From: Candidatus Eiseniibacteriota bacterium
Lineage (GTDB): Bacteria; Eisenbacteria; RBG-16-71-46; CAIMUX01; VGJL01
NCBI GenBank assembly: GCA_041946735.1
Contig: JBHGAY010000010.1
Location: 64,001-128,000 of the forward strand
Length of the DNA stretch: 64,000 nt
Direction of reading: 5' to 3'
Of the stretch, positions 1-9,606 are shown in pieces (within the stretch, counting starts at the first letter, position 1; every line of letters begins with the position of its first letter). Made by a program: the position numbers and the translations under genes. The notes beneath the pieces were generated by a model that saw nothing but the letters and a program-made list of their open reading frames with translations, did no database searches and had not been told where the DNA came from.

Positions 1-1
1 C

Positions 2-544
2 TACTGGAAGCCGATCGAGCGAAAGTTCGACGAGCCGATCGCGGTCGCGACCGCCGACTTCACGCAGCGCGGCCCGGACCTCGCCCCCTACAACCTCGTC
101 GCCGATGCGGAGCGGGAGACCTTCGGGACCGACGTCGCGCTCGAGAACCTCGGAGGCGTTCGCGCCCCGCTGACCGAGGGAACGATCACCTATGGCGATC
201 TCACGATGGTCGATCCGTTCGACAACAGGATGGTGCTGTTCGAGGCGAGCGGCGCCCAGCTGCGGGAGATCCTGCTGCGGGCGGAGCCTGCCGTCTCGGG
301 GCTCCGCTACAGGATTGACCACGGAAAGCTCCTGGAGGCGACGGTGGGCGGAGAGCCGCTCGACGACGCGCGCCGCTACACCGTCGTCACCCACGACTAC
401 TTCGCTTCGACCTTCCTGGCCGGCATGCCGCTCGAGATCCGGCCGACGGAGCGCCGCCGCCTGCAAGTGATCGCCGATTACCTGCGCCAGAAGCAGACGG
501 TCAGCCCGGTCTACGACGGCCGGAGGATCGTGACGAGGGACTGA
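2..544 (+). CDS. 5'-nucleotidase C-terminal domain protein (5'-partial)
   Basis: Frame is open from nt 2 (YWKPIERKFDEPIA...NLVADA...ENLGGVRAPL..GTITYGDL..VDPFDN...VSGLRY...PLDDARRYTVVTHDY..YDGR), the typical 5_nucleotid_C motif order. Confidence 0.85.
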   Translation, partial: YWKPIERKFDEPIAVATADFTQRGPDLAPYNLVADAERETFGTDVALENLGGVRAPLTEGTITYGDLTMVDPFDNRMVLFEASGAQLREILLRAEPAVSGLRYRIDHGKLLEATVGGEPLDDARRYTVVTHDYFASTFLAGMPLEIRPTERRRLQVIADYLRQKQTVSPVYDGRRIVTRD

Positions 545-559
545 GGAGGCTCCCGCGCC

Positions 560-1270
560 TCAACGCTCGCCGTCGCCCGTGCCCTTCTTTGGCTTCGAGG
601 GGCTCGACGTCCTCGCGATCTCCCTCATGCGCGCTCGAAAGGCGGCTGGATTCTCGAACGGGGGAGTGCCGGCGGCGCGCGCGGCGGCAGCGCAAGCGGC
701 CGCGGGCTCGGGGAGGCCCTGGTCGCCGAACTCCCCGATCGTCTCGTAGGCGAGGTGCGCCTGCAGGGCGAGGACCGAGTAGTTCGTCCCATCGAGGAAT
801 ACGTAGGCCAGCGTGCGCCCGTAGCGGTCGAGGATCGATGCGCGAAGGATCTCGGCCCGTTGGGTGGTGGCCAGCGCGCCGAGCGCGAACCAGGTCGCTT
901 CGCGTGCGTAGGGCTGGTCGTAGAGGATCTCCGGCGACTCGCCTTCGATCTCCGGGCAGTCGATTCCGAGCAGGCGGATCCTCTCCCGATCCCCATTCCC
1001 CCAGTCGATCGAGAAGGTGTCGCCGTCGTGCACCTCGATCCCCTCGATCGGCACCTCGATCCGCTGGCCGGCGAGGCGCTGCGGCGGGCGGCGCTTCGAT
1101 GGGCGCGCCGCGTCGGCCGCGGCGGGGAAGATGAGGGTGACGGCAAGGACGGCGGCAAGCGCTATCGGTAGCGCCGCGGCGAGCGCCGCGGCAACCGTAC
1201 CGGCGAGCGCCCTGGCGAGCCCGCCTCGGGGCGCGAGGCCTTCCTCTTCGGACCGGGACGGCTTCCTCAA
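560..1270 (-). CDS. Thermonuclease (SNase-like) family protein, secreted or membrane-anchored
   Basis: HDGDT, RIRLLGIDCPE and DRYGRTLAYV motifs; hydrophobic N-terminus; TTG start overlaps the upstream stop (start uncertain). Confidence 0.9.
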   Translation of the reverse strand: MRKPSRSEEEGLAPRGGLARALAGTVAAALAAALPIALAAVLAVTLIFPAAADAARPSKRRPPQRLAGQRIEVPIEGIEVHDGDTFSIDWGNGDRERIRLLGIDCPEIEGESPEILYDQPYAREATWFALGALATTQRAEILRASILDRYGRTLAYVFLDGTNYSVLALQAHLAYETIGEFGDQGLPEPAAACAAAARAAGTPPFENPAAFRARMREIARTSSPSKPKKGTGDGER

Positions 1271-1719
1271 TCCGGAGATCCCCCGTCGCCTTCGAGCGCC
1301 TCGAGGAAGAGTTCGCGCTCGGCGCGCTCGTGCCGCTCCAGGAGCGAGAAGAAGTCAGCGGCCGCCGCTCGCATCGGCAGGTCCCTCTCCGCGTCGTTGG
1401 TGTCTCCGGCGAGCGCGCTCAGCTGCCGCGCGAACCTCAAGATCTCCTGATGCTCGAGCAGCAGACGGTCGAGGCGTAGCGTCGCGTTGGGAACGCGAGA
1501 GGCGATCTCCTCGTGCAGCCGCTCCGCCTCCTCGAAGCCGAAGTGCTCCTCGAGTAGCGGCACGAGTCCCGAGATCTCCTCGCGCACCTCGGCGATCCAG
1601 GGAGCGAAGTCGTCGACGACGTCCCGCGCAAGCAGGCCCTCGAGCCGGGTCTGCAAGGCGAGCAGGCGATGATGGTCTCGAAGGGCGGCTTCGATCGAGC
1701 GTCCGGGTCGTTCGGCCAT
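1267..1719 (-). CDS. Hemerythrin (HHE) domain protein
   Basis: DHH, EHFGFEE, EHQEI and RHERAE motifs; GGAGG SD before ATG at 1719. Confidence 0.8.
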   Translation of the reverse strand: MAERPGRSIEAALRDHHRLLALQTRLEGLLARDVVDDFAPWIAEVREEISGLVPLLEEHFGFEEAERLHEEIASRVPNATLRLDRLLLEHQEILRFARQLSALAGDTNDAERDLPMRAAAADFFSLLERHERAERELFLEALEGDGGSPD

Positions 1720-1827
1720 GGCGTCCTCCCCGGCCGGGCCCGCGCGGCCCGACCCGATCCGGATGGAACCACAACCGGGACGAACGGGGAAACGGGGGAG
1801 TTCGCTCATCCGCGCATCAGCCGCGCT

Positions 1828-2715
1828 TCAGCCGCGCCGCAACGCCGCTCCCTCCTCTTCTTCCTGGCTGGTCATCCAGCCCATCTCTTCCACGGCGCGC
1901 CCCGGGATGTCGAGGATCGCCTCGCCGCGACGCACCGCCCTCACATGGCCGAGAGGGACGTAGAGATCGACGCGGAAACGGCGGTCGAGCAGGAAGTCGT
2001 CGTCCCGGATCCGCTTGACCCTGCCGATCGAGCCGCCGTCGTAGCCGCGCACCTCCATCCCTTCCCGCAGGGGCGGGACGGAGGAGACGAAGCCCGCGCG
2101 GCGGTACGGGCGCTCGATCATGGAGCGGCGGATGGACATCTCGTTGTGCACGTCCCACACGCCCGAGATCGACTCCGCGAGGTCCTCGGCCAGCCGTTTC
2201 TGGTAGCGGTCTTCGACCTGGCCGCGCAGCCGGACCTCCCCGTCATGCACAGCGACTTCGATGTCGCTCGCGTTCAGGTCGGCGTTCTCCGTGAGACGGT
2301 CGATGACGTCCTCCCGAACGCTTTCGTCGGAACGCCGGTAGCCAAGTGGCCCGTAACCCAGCCAGGGCCCGACGCCCGAGCCCCACATCCATCCGTAGCC
2401 GTAGCTCGCTCCGAAACCGGCGTACGGTCCGAAGCCCACCCCGTACCCTGTGGGATACCCGATCATCCCGTAGCCGGGCCCCTCGCGCCCGACCCCAGGC
2501 TCTCCGTAGCCCGCCTCCTCCACGGCGCGGCCCCATTCGTGGCCTCGTTCGCGGCGCCAACGTTCCGCCTCCTCCTCGCGTGAGCGGGGATGGACTTCGT
2601 CCCAGCGCCGGTCCCCGCGAGGGGACGCAGGCCGTGCATGCGATCCTCCGTCTCGCTCCTTCCGCCGCTCGCGCCGCCGGCGCTCCTCGCCTTCACGGTC
2701 TTCATCGCGAACCAT
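1828..2715 (-). CDS. BON domain protein with charged N-terminus, G/Y-rich linker and DUF2171-like C-terminus
   Basis: YRRSDESVREDVIDRL..LNASDIEVAVHDGEVRLRGQVEDRYQKRLAEDLAESISGVWDVHNEM (BON); LREGMEVRGYDGGSIGRV; AAGGAGGT SD before ATG 2715. Confidence 0.85.
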   Translation of the reverse strand: MVRDEDREGEERRRRERRKERDGGSHARPASPRGDRRWDEVHPRSREEEAERWRRERGHEWGRAVEEAGYGEPGVGREGPGYGMIGYPTGYGVGFGPYAGFGASYGYGWMWGSGVGPWLGYGPLGYRRSDESVREDVIDRLTENADLNASDIEVAVHDGEVRLRGQVEDRYQKRLAEDLAESISGVWDVHNEMSIRRSMIERPYRRAGFVSSVPPLREGMEVRGYDGGSIGRVKRIRDDDFLLDRRFRVDLYVPLGHVRAVRRGEAILDIPGRAVEEMGWMTSQEEEEGAALRRG

Positions 2716-2824
2716 CCGGCACCTCCTTGGCAGCGGCCGGGCGCAGCCCGCCCTTTCTTCGACCGTACCATCGCGCCTTGGCGATTCGCCGGCCGGCCTG
2801 CGCCGCCGGTTCGACCCCCGGGCC

Positions 2825-2872
2825 GCAACCCGTCCGGCAACCGGTTCGGCAACCGGTTCGGCAACCGGTCCG
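2825..2872. repeat. 4 x 12-bp tandem repeat GCAACCGGTTCG
   Basis: gcaacccgtccg gcaaccggttcg gcaaccggttcg gcaaccggtccg, in a divergent intergenic region. Confidence 0.9.
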
Positions 2873-3058
2873 CAGCCACCAGGCCGCAAGCTCCGGTCCG
2901 CCCCGTGCCGTCCCGGATCGAATCCGCTAGAATCGCCGGTCGGCCCAGTCGCCTCGCCGGGAGCCTCCGCGGGCGTGCATGCTACCTTGAGAAAAATGGG
3001 CCGCCCAGGGCGAAGCCCGTCCGAACCCGCTCGACCCATACGGCAGGAGGAGGATTCG

Positions 3059-3562
3059 ATGAAGCGGATCAAGGGTGAGACCATCGCGAGCGTCTTCGCC
3101 TCGATGATCCAGGAACGGCGTCTGCTGATCTCCGCCCTCGATGCTTTTCGTGACGAGGATCTGGATTTCCGCCCGGTCACGCCGAAGCCCGCCCACCTTC
3201 TGAGCGTTCGGGAGATCTTCCTGCACCTGATCGACGCGGATCGTCGTCTCGTGGAGAACGCGATCGAGGGGCGCGACCTCCATCTCCGCTACTCGGTCTG
3301 CGACGAGTCCGCTTCGGTTCTCATGAACCTCACGCGCGAGATCGTCGACCGCGAGGGGATCCGGAAGGCCTTGAAAGCGAGCTGGCGCGGCGTGGAGAGG
3401 ATCCTGTCGCGTCCCGCCTCGGCGCTTCTCCAGAAGCCGGCGCCCGATCATCCGACTTCGCTTCTCACGCTCCTCGGCTTTGCGCAGACGCACGCGGCCC
3501 ATCACCGCGGGCAGTTGCTCACCTACCTTGCGCTGCTCGGGCGGCCGCTCGGCGAGGAGTAG
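3059..3562 (+). CDS. DinB family protein
   Basis: DLDFRP...SVREIFLHL and C-terminal HAAHHRGQL; AGGAGG SD. Confidence 0.85.
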   Translation: MKRIKGETIASVFASMIQERRLLISALDAFRDEDLDFRPVTPKPAHLLSVREIFLHLIDADRRLVENAIEGRDLHLRYSVCDESASVLMNLTREIVDREGIRKALKASWRGVERILSRPASALLQKPAPDHPTSLLTLLGFAQTHAAHHRGQLLTYLALLGRPLGEE

Positions 3563-3570
3563 CGGTGGCG

Positions 3571-5670
3571 ATGAGGGAGCGCGAAGTCCGCATTCTCGGC
3601 CGCACCTTCCATCTCGAATGGGGACGGATCGCGCGACAGGCCGACGGAGCCGTCATGGTCCGGGAAGGGGAGACGGTCGTGCTCGTGTCGGCGGTCGCGG
3701 ACGCCGAGCCGCGCCAGGGCGTCGATTTCTTCCCGCTCACGGTCGAGTACCGCGAGCGATTCTCGGCCGTCGGACGCTTTCCGGGAGGCTATCGCAAGCG
3801 CGAGGGGCAGGCGTCGAATCACGAGATCCTGACGAGCCGGCTGATCGATCGCTCGATCCGCCCGCTTTTCCCCGACGGGTTCCACAATGAGACGCAGGTG
3901 ATCGCGACGGTGCTCGCGAAAGAACCGGACGGCGACCCGGGTGTGCTCGCGATCCTCGGCGCGGCCGCGGCGTTGCAGATCTCCGACATCCCGTGGAACG
4001 GGCCGGTCGCCGGCATGCGGATCGGGCGCGCGCCGGAGGGAGGATGGATCGGCAACCCCACGCAGGAAGAGCGTCAGACGCCCACGCTCGATCTCCTCGC
4101 CTCGTTCCATCCCGAGGGGCTCGTGATGCTCGAGGGCGGTGCGCGAGAGCTGCCTGAGGCGGAGATCATCGACGCCCTGAGCTACGGGCAGGAGAAGCTC
4201 AAGCCGCTGCTCCATCTCCTCGTGGAGCTGAGAGATTCCGGCAAGCCGAAGAGGCCCTTCGATCCTCCGACGATCGATCCCGACATAGCGAGCGCGCTTC
4301 GGGAAGTCGCGGGAGAGGATGTGCGGCGCGCCGTAACCGTCGCGGAGAAGCAAGCCCGGCGGCAAGCGCTCCACGAGGCACGCGCGCGGGCTGCCGAGGC
4401 GTTGCGGGAGCGTTTCGGAGATCGCGAGAAGGAGATCGAGGCGGCCTTCGAGGAGCGGGTCTATGAGGCGCTTCGCTCCTCGATCCTCGACGAGGAGCGG
4501 CGCGCGGACGGCCGCGGCTTGCGGGAGATCCGGCCGATCTCGTGCGAGGTGGGGTGGCTGCCCCGCGTGCACGGATCCGCGCTCTTCACACGCGGCGAGA
4601 CGCAGTCGATCGCCGTCTGCACGCTCGGCACGGGGCAGGACGAGCAGGAGGTGGAGGGCCTCGAGGGGGTCGAGCGCGAGACGTTCCAGCTCTACTACCG
4701 CTTCCCGCCCTACTCCGTCGGCGAGGTGAGGCCGGTCCGCGCCCCGGGGCGCCGCGAAATCGGCCACGGAGCGCTCGCCCGCCGGGCGCTGGCGGCCGTG
4801 CTCCCGGCGCGCGAGCGCTTCCCGTACACCATCAAGGTGGAATCGGAGATCAGCGAATCGAACGGCTCCTCGAGCATGGCGAGCGTCTGCGGCGGCTGCC
4901 TCTGCCTGATGGACGCCGGCGTGCCGATCCACGCCCCGGTCGCAGGGATCGCGATGGGGCTCGTGCGCGACGGCGAACGCACGGCGATCCTCTCGGACAT
5001 CCTCGGCGACGAAGACCATCTCGGCGACATGGATTTCAAGGTCGCGGGCACCGGGAAGGGGATCACCGCGCTCCAGCTCGACAACAAGATCGGCTCCGTC
5101 CCCATCGACCTTCTGGCGGGCGCGTTGGATCAGGCGCGCTCCGGGCGTCTCCACATCCTCGCCGAGATGGCGAAGGCTCTTCGCGAGCCGCGCCCGCATC
5201 TCGCTCCGCACGCGCCCCGGATCGCCTCGACGAAGATCCCGACCTACCGCATTCGCGATCTGATCGGTTCGGGCGGGCGGGTCATCCAGGATCTGCAGGC
5301 CGATACGAGCACGCGGGTCGACGTCTCCGATGACGGGACGGTTCGCGTCTACGCGCAGAGCGAGCCGTCGCTCGAAATGGCGATGAAGCGGATTCGCGAT
5401 CTCACCGGCGAGCCGGAGGTCGGCAAGTATTACCGCGGGACGGTGACGGGCGTGAAGGAGTTCGGAGCATTCGTCCGCCTCTTCGAAGGGATCGAGGGCC
5501 TCGTGCATGCTTCGGAGCTGGCGCCGGGCGAAGTGCGGAGCGTCTCGTCGATCGCGCACGAAGGGGACGAGATGATCGTGAAGGTCCTGGGAGTCGACCC
5601 GAACGGCAAGATCCGGCTCTCGCGCAAGCAGGCGATCGGCGTGCCGGCGTCGGAGATCGCGAACGACTAG
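3571..5670 (+). CDS. pnp: Polyribonucleotide nucleotidyltransferase (PNPase)
   Basis: DFFPLTVEYRE, SRLIDRSIRPLF, RADGR, RREIGHG, SNGSSSMASVC, GIAMGL, DHLGDMDFKVAGT, then KH and S1 domains; alternative GTG start at 3565. Confidence 0.97.
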   Translation: MREREVRILGRTFHLEWGRIARQADGAVMVREGETVVLVSAVADAEPRQGVDFFPLTVEYRERFSAVGRFPGGYRKREGQASNHEILTSRLIDRSIRPLFPDGFHNETQVIATVLAKEPDGDPGVLAILGAAAALQISDIPWNGPVAGMRIGRAPEGGWIGNPTQEERQTPTLDLLASFHPEGLVMLEGGARELPEAEIIDALSYGQEKLKPLLHLLVELRDSGKPKRPFDPPTIDPDIASALREVAGEDVRRAVTVAEKQARRQALHEARARAAEALRERFGDREKEIEAAFEERVYEALRSSILDEERRADGRGLREIRPISCEVGWLPRVHGSALFTRGETQSIAVCTLGTGQDEQEVEGLEGVERETFQLYYRFPPYSVGEVRPVRAPGRREIGHGALARRALAAVLPARERFPYTIKVESEISESNGSSSMASVCGGCLCLMDAGVPIHAPVAGIAMGLVRDGERTAILSDILGDEDHLGDMDFKVAGTGKGITALQLDNKIGSVPIDLLAGALDQARSGRLHILAEMAKALREPRPHLAPHAPRIASTKIPTYRIRDLIGSGGRVIQDLQADTSTRVDVSDDGTVRVYAQSEPSLEMAMKRIRDLTGEPEVGKYYRGTVTGVKEFGAFVRLFEGIEGLVHASELAPGEVRSVSSIAHEGDEMIVKVLGVDPNGKIRLSRKQAIGVPASEIAND

Positions 5671-5709
5671 AGGACTCCGCGCGGAGCGCGGAGCAGATCC
5701 GGGCGTGCG

Positions 5710-6279
5710 CTACCCCTCGGCATCCTCGTCGTCGAATCGATCGCCGCGCGCCGATGCGCCGCCGCGGGCGGCGGCGTTCCCGGCGGCTTCCCGGTTCCAG
5801 AACAGGAGCCGGTCCGGGGCGATCTCCGACAGCTCGCGAGCCGTTCGGTCGTCCACCACCGCGTACTCGCCTCGCACCGCCCCTTGCGTCTCCACGATCG
5901 CAGCCGCACCGAAGCTGACGCGCCGCAAGGCGACGTCGGAGAGATCGAGGAAGCGGATGCGGCCATCGGGAGCGGCGAAGAAGTAGCGGCGGTTCCCCGC
6001 GGTCGCCGTCCGCACCCAGCCGTTCAGGATCAGAAGCGAAACGCGGCGCTCGCGAGCTTGTTCCTGCTCGCGGCGCCGTCGTTCTGCTTCGCGCTCCCGG
6101 TCCGCTTTCTTGCGAGCTTCCAGTTCGGCCCGGAACTTCTCCTCCGAAGCCTTCTGCTCCGCCTCCACGCCCTGCTTGCCTACTTCGGCCGCGTGGATGC
6201 GTTCCTCATGCTTCGCTCGTCGAAGCTCCTTGTCGCTGACGAGACCGGCCTTACGGAGCTGTTCTCGTAGGTCGGACAT
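5710..6279 (-). CDS. DUF2058 family protein
   Basis: MSDLREQLRKAGLV N-terminus, coiled coil, then RRYFF..DGRI. Confidence 0.7.
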   Translation of the reverse strand: MSDLREQLRKAGLVSDKELRRAKHEERIHAAEVGKQGVEAEQKASEEKFRAELEARKKADREREAERRRREQEQARERRVSLLILNGWVRTATAGNRRYFFAAPDGRIRFLDLSDVALRRVSFGAAAIVETQGAVRGEYAVVDDRTARELSEIAPDRLLFWNREAAGNAAARGGASARGDRFDDEDAEG

Positions 6280-6793
6280 CTTCGCCGTACCGTGTCTCCG
6301 TGTGACCGTTGCGATGACCGGGAGAGACGAAAGTCTCGATGCCGCGTCGCACCGCCACCGCGACCGCCAGGGCAGATCGCACCGGATCGAGCACTGCGCG
6401 ATCGACTCCGGCTCCGATCTGTTCGACCTTCTGGCGGGCTCGCGCCGTGCTCAGCTCGACCTGGTCGATCTGACGTTCCGTGGCCTGGACGAGGTGGTCG
6501 ACCGCTTGTCCCAAACCTCTGCTCGTCTCCCGGACCTGCAGCATCAGGTCATCGGTCGCGGTACGGACTCCGGTGGAAATCGACCGGACCTCGCTGGCGG
6601 TCGTCTCGATCGCCTGGCGGACCTGTCGAATGCTCGGCCCCAGGTTCGCGAGCTCGGGCTCCACCACGTTCAGTACCTTCTCGGCCCGCTTGGCCACTTT
6701 CGAGGCCACCCGGTAGAGGAGGAAGAGCACGACCAACTGGAGGACAGCGGCGACGATGATCACAGCGGCCAGAACTGCCTCGAAGGCCGACAT
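6251..6793 (-). CDS. DUF948/YoxC-like membrane-anchored coiled-coil protein
   Basis: N-terminal TM helix followed by amphipathic helices; lies downstream of the YtxH gene; AGGAGG SD. Confidence 0.6.
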   Translation of the reverse strand: MSAFEAVLAAVIIVAAVLQLVVLFLLYRVASKVAKRAEKVLNVVEPELANLGPSIRQVRQAIETTASEVRSISTGVRTATDDLMLQVRETSRGLGQAVDHLVQATERQIDQVELSTARARQKVEQIGAGVDRAVLDPVRSALAVAVAVRRGIETFVSPGHRNGHTETRYGEDVRPTRTAP

Positions 6794-6841
6794 GATACCT
6801 CCTTCGTGCGTGAGACCTCCTTCGTCTGAAGGGCTGTCGAT

Positions 6842-7156
6842 CTACATCGACGTCGACGACTCGGAACGATTCCGCTCTTCGCGGTAGGCCTGCTTCCCAG
6901 CCTCGACAGCGTGCTGGACGTTGTCCTTCTGGCGCTCGACGGTCCCCTTCACCCTGTCGACTCCTTGGGAGACCCTGTCGCCGATCGAACGTGCGGCATC
7001 CGCTCCCTTCTGGTAGCCCTGACGGGACGCGCTCGCGATCGTGTGCCGCATCTCGCGTCCGGATTTGGGTGTGAAGAGCATCGCCAAAGTGGCCCCGATG
7101 CCGGCGCCAATGAGGAAAAAGGTCAGTCGATCACCGGCGGATCTTTCATCTGACAT
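6842..7156 (-). CDS. YtxH domain protein (general stress)
   Basis: FLIGAGIGATLAMLFTPKSGREMR signature; GAGGAGG SD. Confidence 0.9.
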   Translation of the reverse strand: MSDERSAGDRLTFFLIGAGIGATLAMLFTPKSGREMRHTIASASRQGYQKGADAARSIGDRVSQGVDRVKGTVERQKDNVQHAVEAGKQAYREERNRSESSTSM

Positions 7157-7448
7157 TGTAGTTACCTCCTCTCGGTCGAGTGCTGCACGCCCCTTGGTTG
7201 GCAGCCTAGCCGCTCAAGAAGGAAAGGGTCAAGCGCCGAGGGATTGGTTCCGAAGTTGACTGTAGCGCAGAAGATGGTAAATTCTTTGACAGCCCCATCG
7301 ACACGGCGAGACGAAGGGCCCCTGGCTTGCACAAACACTTCGGGCCCGTCGCCGCGCTCGTGGACTGGATCCAAGCGCGGGGTCCAAGGTGCGGGCGTTT
7401 TCGAAGTCCATGGACTGTCCAATTCAATTTCCGCGTAGGGAGGAGCCA

Positions 7449-8435
7449 ATGCGCAGACTGTTTGCTATCGCGGCTCTGGGTCTGCTGACCCTGACGATGC
7501 CGGCCTTCGCTGCCGTTCCGGGCGCCGACGATGCGAACCTCACCCCCGCTGGCGGTGGTGTTGGAACGCGCGTCGACTGTCCGGGCACCGTGGTGTGGGA
7601 TACGGGAATGTACGATGAGTTCTCCCCGCCCACCGGCTGTTCCACGGCTGCGAGCTCTGGATGCTTCGTCGAAGCGATCAACGACGGTGGATTCCCGGCC
7701 GATGGCCGCCGCCTTGCCGACGACTTCTTCGGCACCGGCGGTGATCCGATCACGCACGTGAAGTTCTGGGCCCGTTACAACGCGCAGGGCTATGACTATC
7801 ACGCGCTGGACCCGGGGACCCTCCACGGCTTCTGCATCAAGTTCTATCGCACCGACCCGGTCGCTTGCCCGGACGGAACGGTCCCGGGTGAGGAGGCGAT
7901 CGGCCAGATCGTCTACGACGAGTATGTGCAGGACTTCGTCGAGGAGGAGATCTTCACCGGTCTCATCCGCAACTTCAACTACTGCGTGACCCTGCCCGTG
8001 CCGTTCCAGACCGAGGCAGACGTCCAGTACTGGTTCAGTGCCAGCGCCGACTTCGACTTCACCTCGTACGCCGACGGAGTCACTCAGTGGTTCTGGCGTG
8101 TGTACCCGGGTTACGGAATCAGCGCGTGCGAAGCCTCCTGGTGGGACACCTGGAACACGCCGAACACGAACTGGACCCCGGTCAGCATCGGCGTGAACAT
8201 CCCGTGCTGGGAAGGCTGGGACGCCTCCATGGTTCTCTACTCGAATCTCGTTCCTCCGCAGGATGGCGCCTGCTGCCTGCCCGACGGCTCGTGCATCTTC
8301 GTCTCGCGTGACGAGTGCAACACCCAGGGCGGTGTCTATCAGGGCGACAACGTGCCTTGCGAAGAGGTTCAGTGCCCGCCGCCAGTCGCGACGGAGGAGA
8401 AGACCTGGGGCTCGATCAAGGCCAACTTCCGCTAG
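7449..8435 (+). CDS. Secreted Cys-rich protein with GACC module and C-terminal TWGSIKANFR motif
   Basis: Signal peptide MRRLFAIAALGLLTLTMPAFA; GACCLPDGSC...C..QGGVYQGDNVPC; GGAGGAG SD; followed by a terminator. Confidence 0.85.
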   Translation: MRRLFAIAALGLLTLTMPAFAAVPGADDANLTPAGGGVGTRVDCPGTVVWDTGMYDEFSPPTGCSTAASSGCFVEAINDGGFPADGRRLADDFFGTGGDPITHVKFWARYNAQGYDYHALDPGTLHGFCIKFYRTDPVACPDGTVPGEEAIGQIVYDEYVQDFVEEEIFTGLIRNFNYCVTLPVPFQTEADVQYWFSASADFDFTSYADGVTQWFWRVYPGYGISACEASWWDTWNTPNTNWTPVSIGVNIPCWEGWDASMVLYSNLVPPQDGACCLPDGSCIFVSRDECNTQGGVYQGDNVPCEEVQCPPPVATEEKTWGSIKANFR

Positions 8436-8472
8436 TCGGTTCGTCCGGACCGAGTCTACTCGGTCAGCCTGG

Positions 8473-8506
8473 GAGATCCGGGGCTTCGGCTCCGGATCTC
8501 TCTTTT
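8473..8506 (+). terminator. Rho-independent terminator
   Basis: gagatccggggc-ttcg-gctccggatctc followed by tctttt. Confidence 0.85.
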
Positions 8507-8606
8507 AGTGCGCCCGGCATGGGCACCGATCTGGGCGTGCGAGTCCTGCCCTGAGCCGGCGGCCACGAAGCGCCGCCCGGGATGGCGCGGCGCAAGCGGC
8601 GGGGGG

Positions 8607-9380
8607 CTACGATTTCGAGGCGGCGGCGCGAAGGCTGTCGGGCCGCAGGGAAGGCTGGAGCGCCTCGAGAATGTGACGCAGCTTCCACGCGGCGCTCTTC
8701 AGCGGGGGCGGGCTGGGAAAGCGGATCTTGTCTTCCGCGAGGCTCAGGAGTCCGGACCGTCCCTGCCATGACCGGTTGTAGCCGACCGCCATGCCGTAGC
8801 GCTGGCCCTCGTGGCGAAAGAGCACGAGCCCGGTGATCCGCGTGTCATCCATCTGTCCGCCCAGCATCCTGTCGATCCATCCATCGATGTCCACCCAGAC
8901 CGTTCCTTGGCGGACTCCGAAGAGGTGGACGTCGCTGAGCACCACTTCCTGCTTCTTCTTTCCATCCCGGTGCTCGAGCGACAGGCGTCCCAGATTCCAT
9001 TCCCGAAACACGACGTTCTGGCTCGCACGCAGGCTGCCCGGGTTGTAGCCCAGGATCTGATACGGCACGGGGAGGCGCAGCGGTTCGCGGAACGAGGCTT
9101 CGATGCGCATCGTCGGGGAGTCCGGCTCGGGCTCGCGCGTCAGCACGCGGAGATGCTGGTAAGGCAGGCGGCTCTCTCGTGATGCCTGCCGGACGGTCGA
9201 GTCGAGCGTTGCCGCGTCGATCGAGCCGCAGAGATCCTCGTCCACGAGGCTCACCAGGAAGGCGAAGACGGGATCGCGGACCCCGCTCGCGGGGACGACG
9301 GCATCGAGGCGGACCGGATCGGAGCTTCCCGAATGGTGGAGAGACGCGAGCAACAGGATGGCGACGAGCCAGGTATGCAT
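8607..9380 (-). CDS. Hypothetical exported protein
   Basis: Signal-like N-terminus MHTWLVAILLLASL; protein-like composition; no recognised family. Confidence 0.7.
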   Translation of the reverse strand: MHTWLVAILLLASLHHSGSSDPVRLDAVVPASGVRDPVFAFLVSLVDEDLCGSIDAATLDSTVRQASRESRLPYQHLRVLTREPEPDSPTMRIEASFREPLRLPVPYQILGYNPGSLRASQNVVFREWNLGRLSLEHRDGKKKQEVVLSDVHLFGVRQGTVWVDIDGWIDRMLGGQMDDTRITGLVLFRHEGQRYGMAVGYNRSWQGRSGLLSLAEDKIRFPSPPPLKSAAWKLRHILEALQPSLRPDSLRAAASKS

Positions 9381-9442
9381 GTCCCGATTCTGCGCAGGCG
9401 GAACGGCCGAACGCAACCGAGTGCGGGCGGGAGGGAGGGGGT

Positions 9443-9457
9443 CGGCATGACGCTTGC
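9443..9457 (+). promoter_or_regulatory. Putative sigma-54 -24/-12 promoter
   Basis: CGGCATGACGCTTGC matches GG-N10-GC with TTGC; upstream of the Wzi-like gene. Confidence 0.45.
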
Positions 9458-9606
9458 GAATCGCAATGCCAGGCCGCGCGGGATCGGGCGGAGTCCAGCG
9501 GCAGGAGGCCGCCGCCGCGCCGGACTCATGAAGGCGCTAGAAAGCGCTTTCGCCGGCGAGTCCGCCCGGGGAGACTCGCACCGGGCGAACGGAGGGGGAG
9601 CGGACG

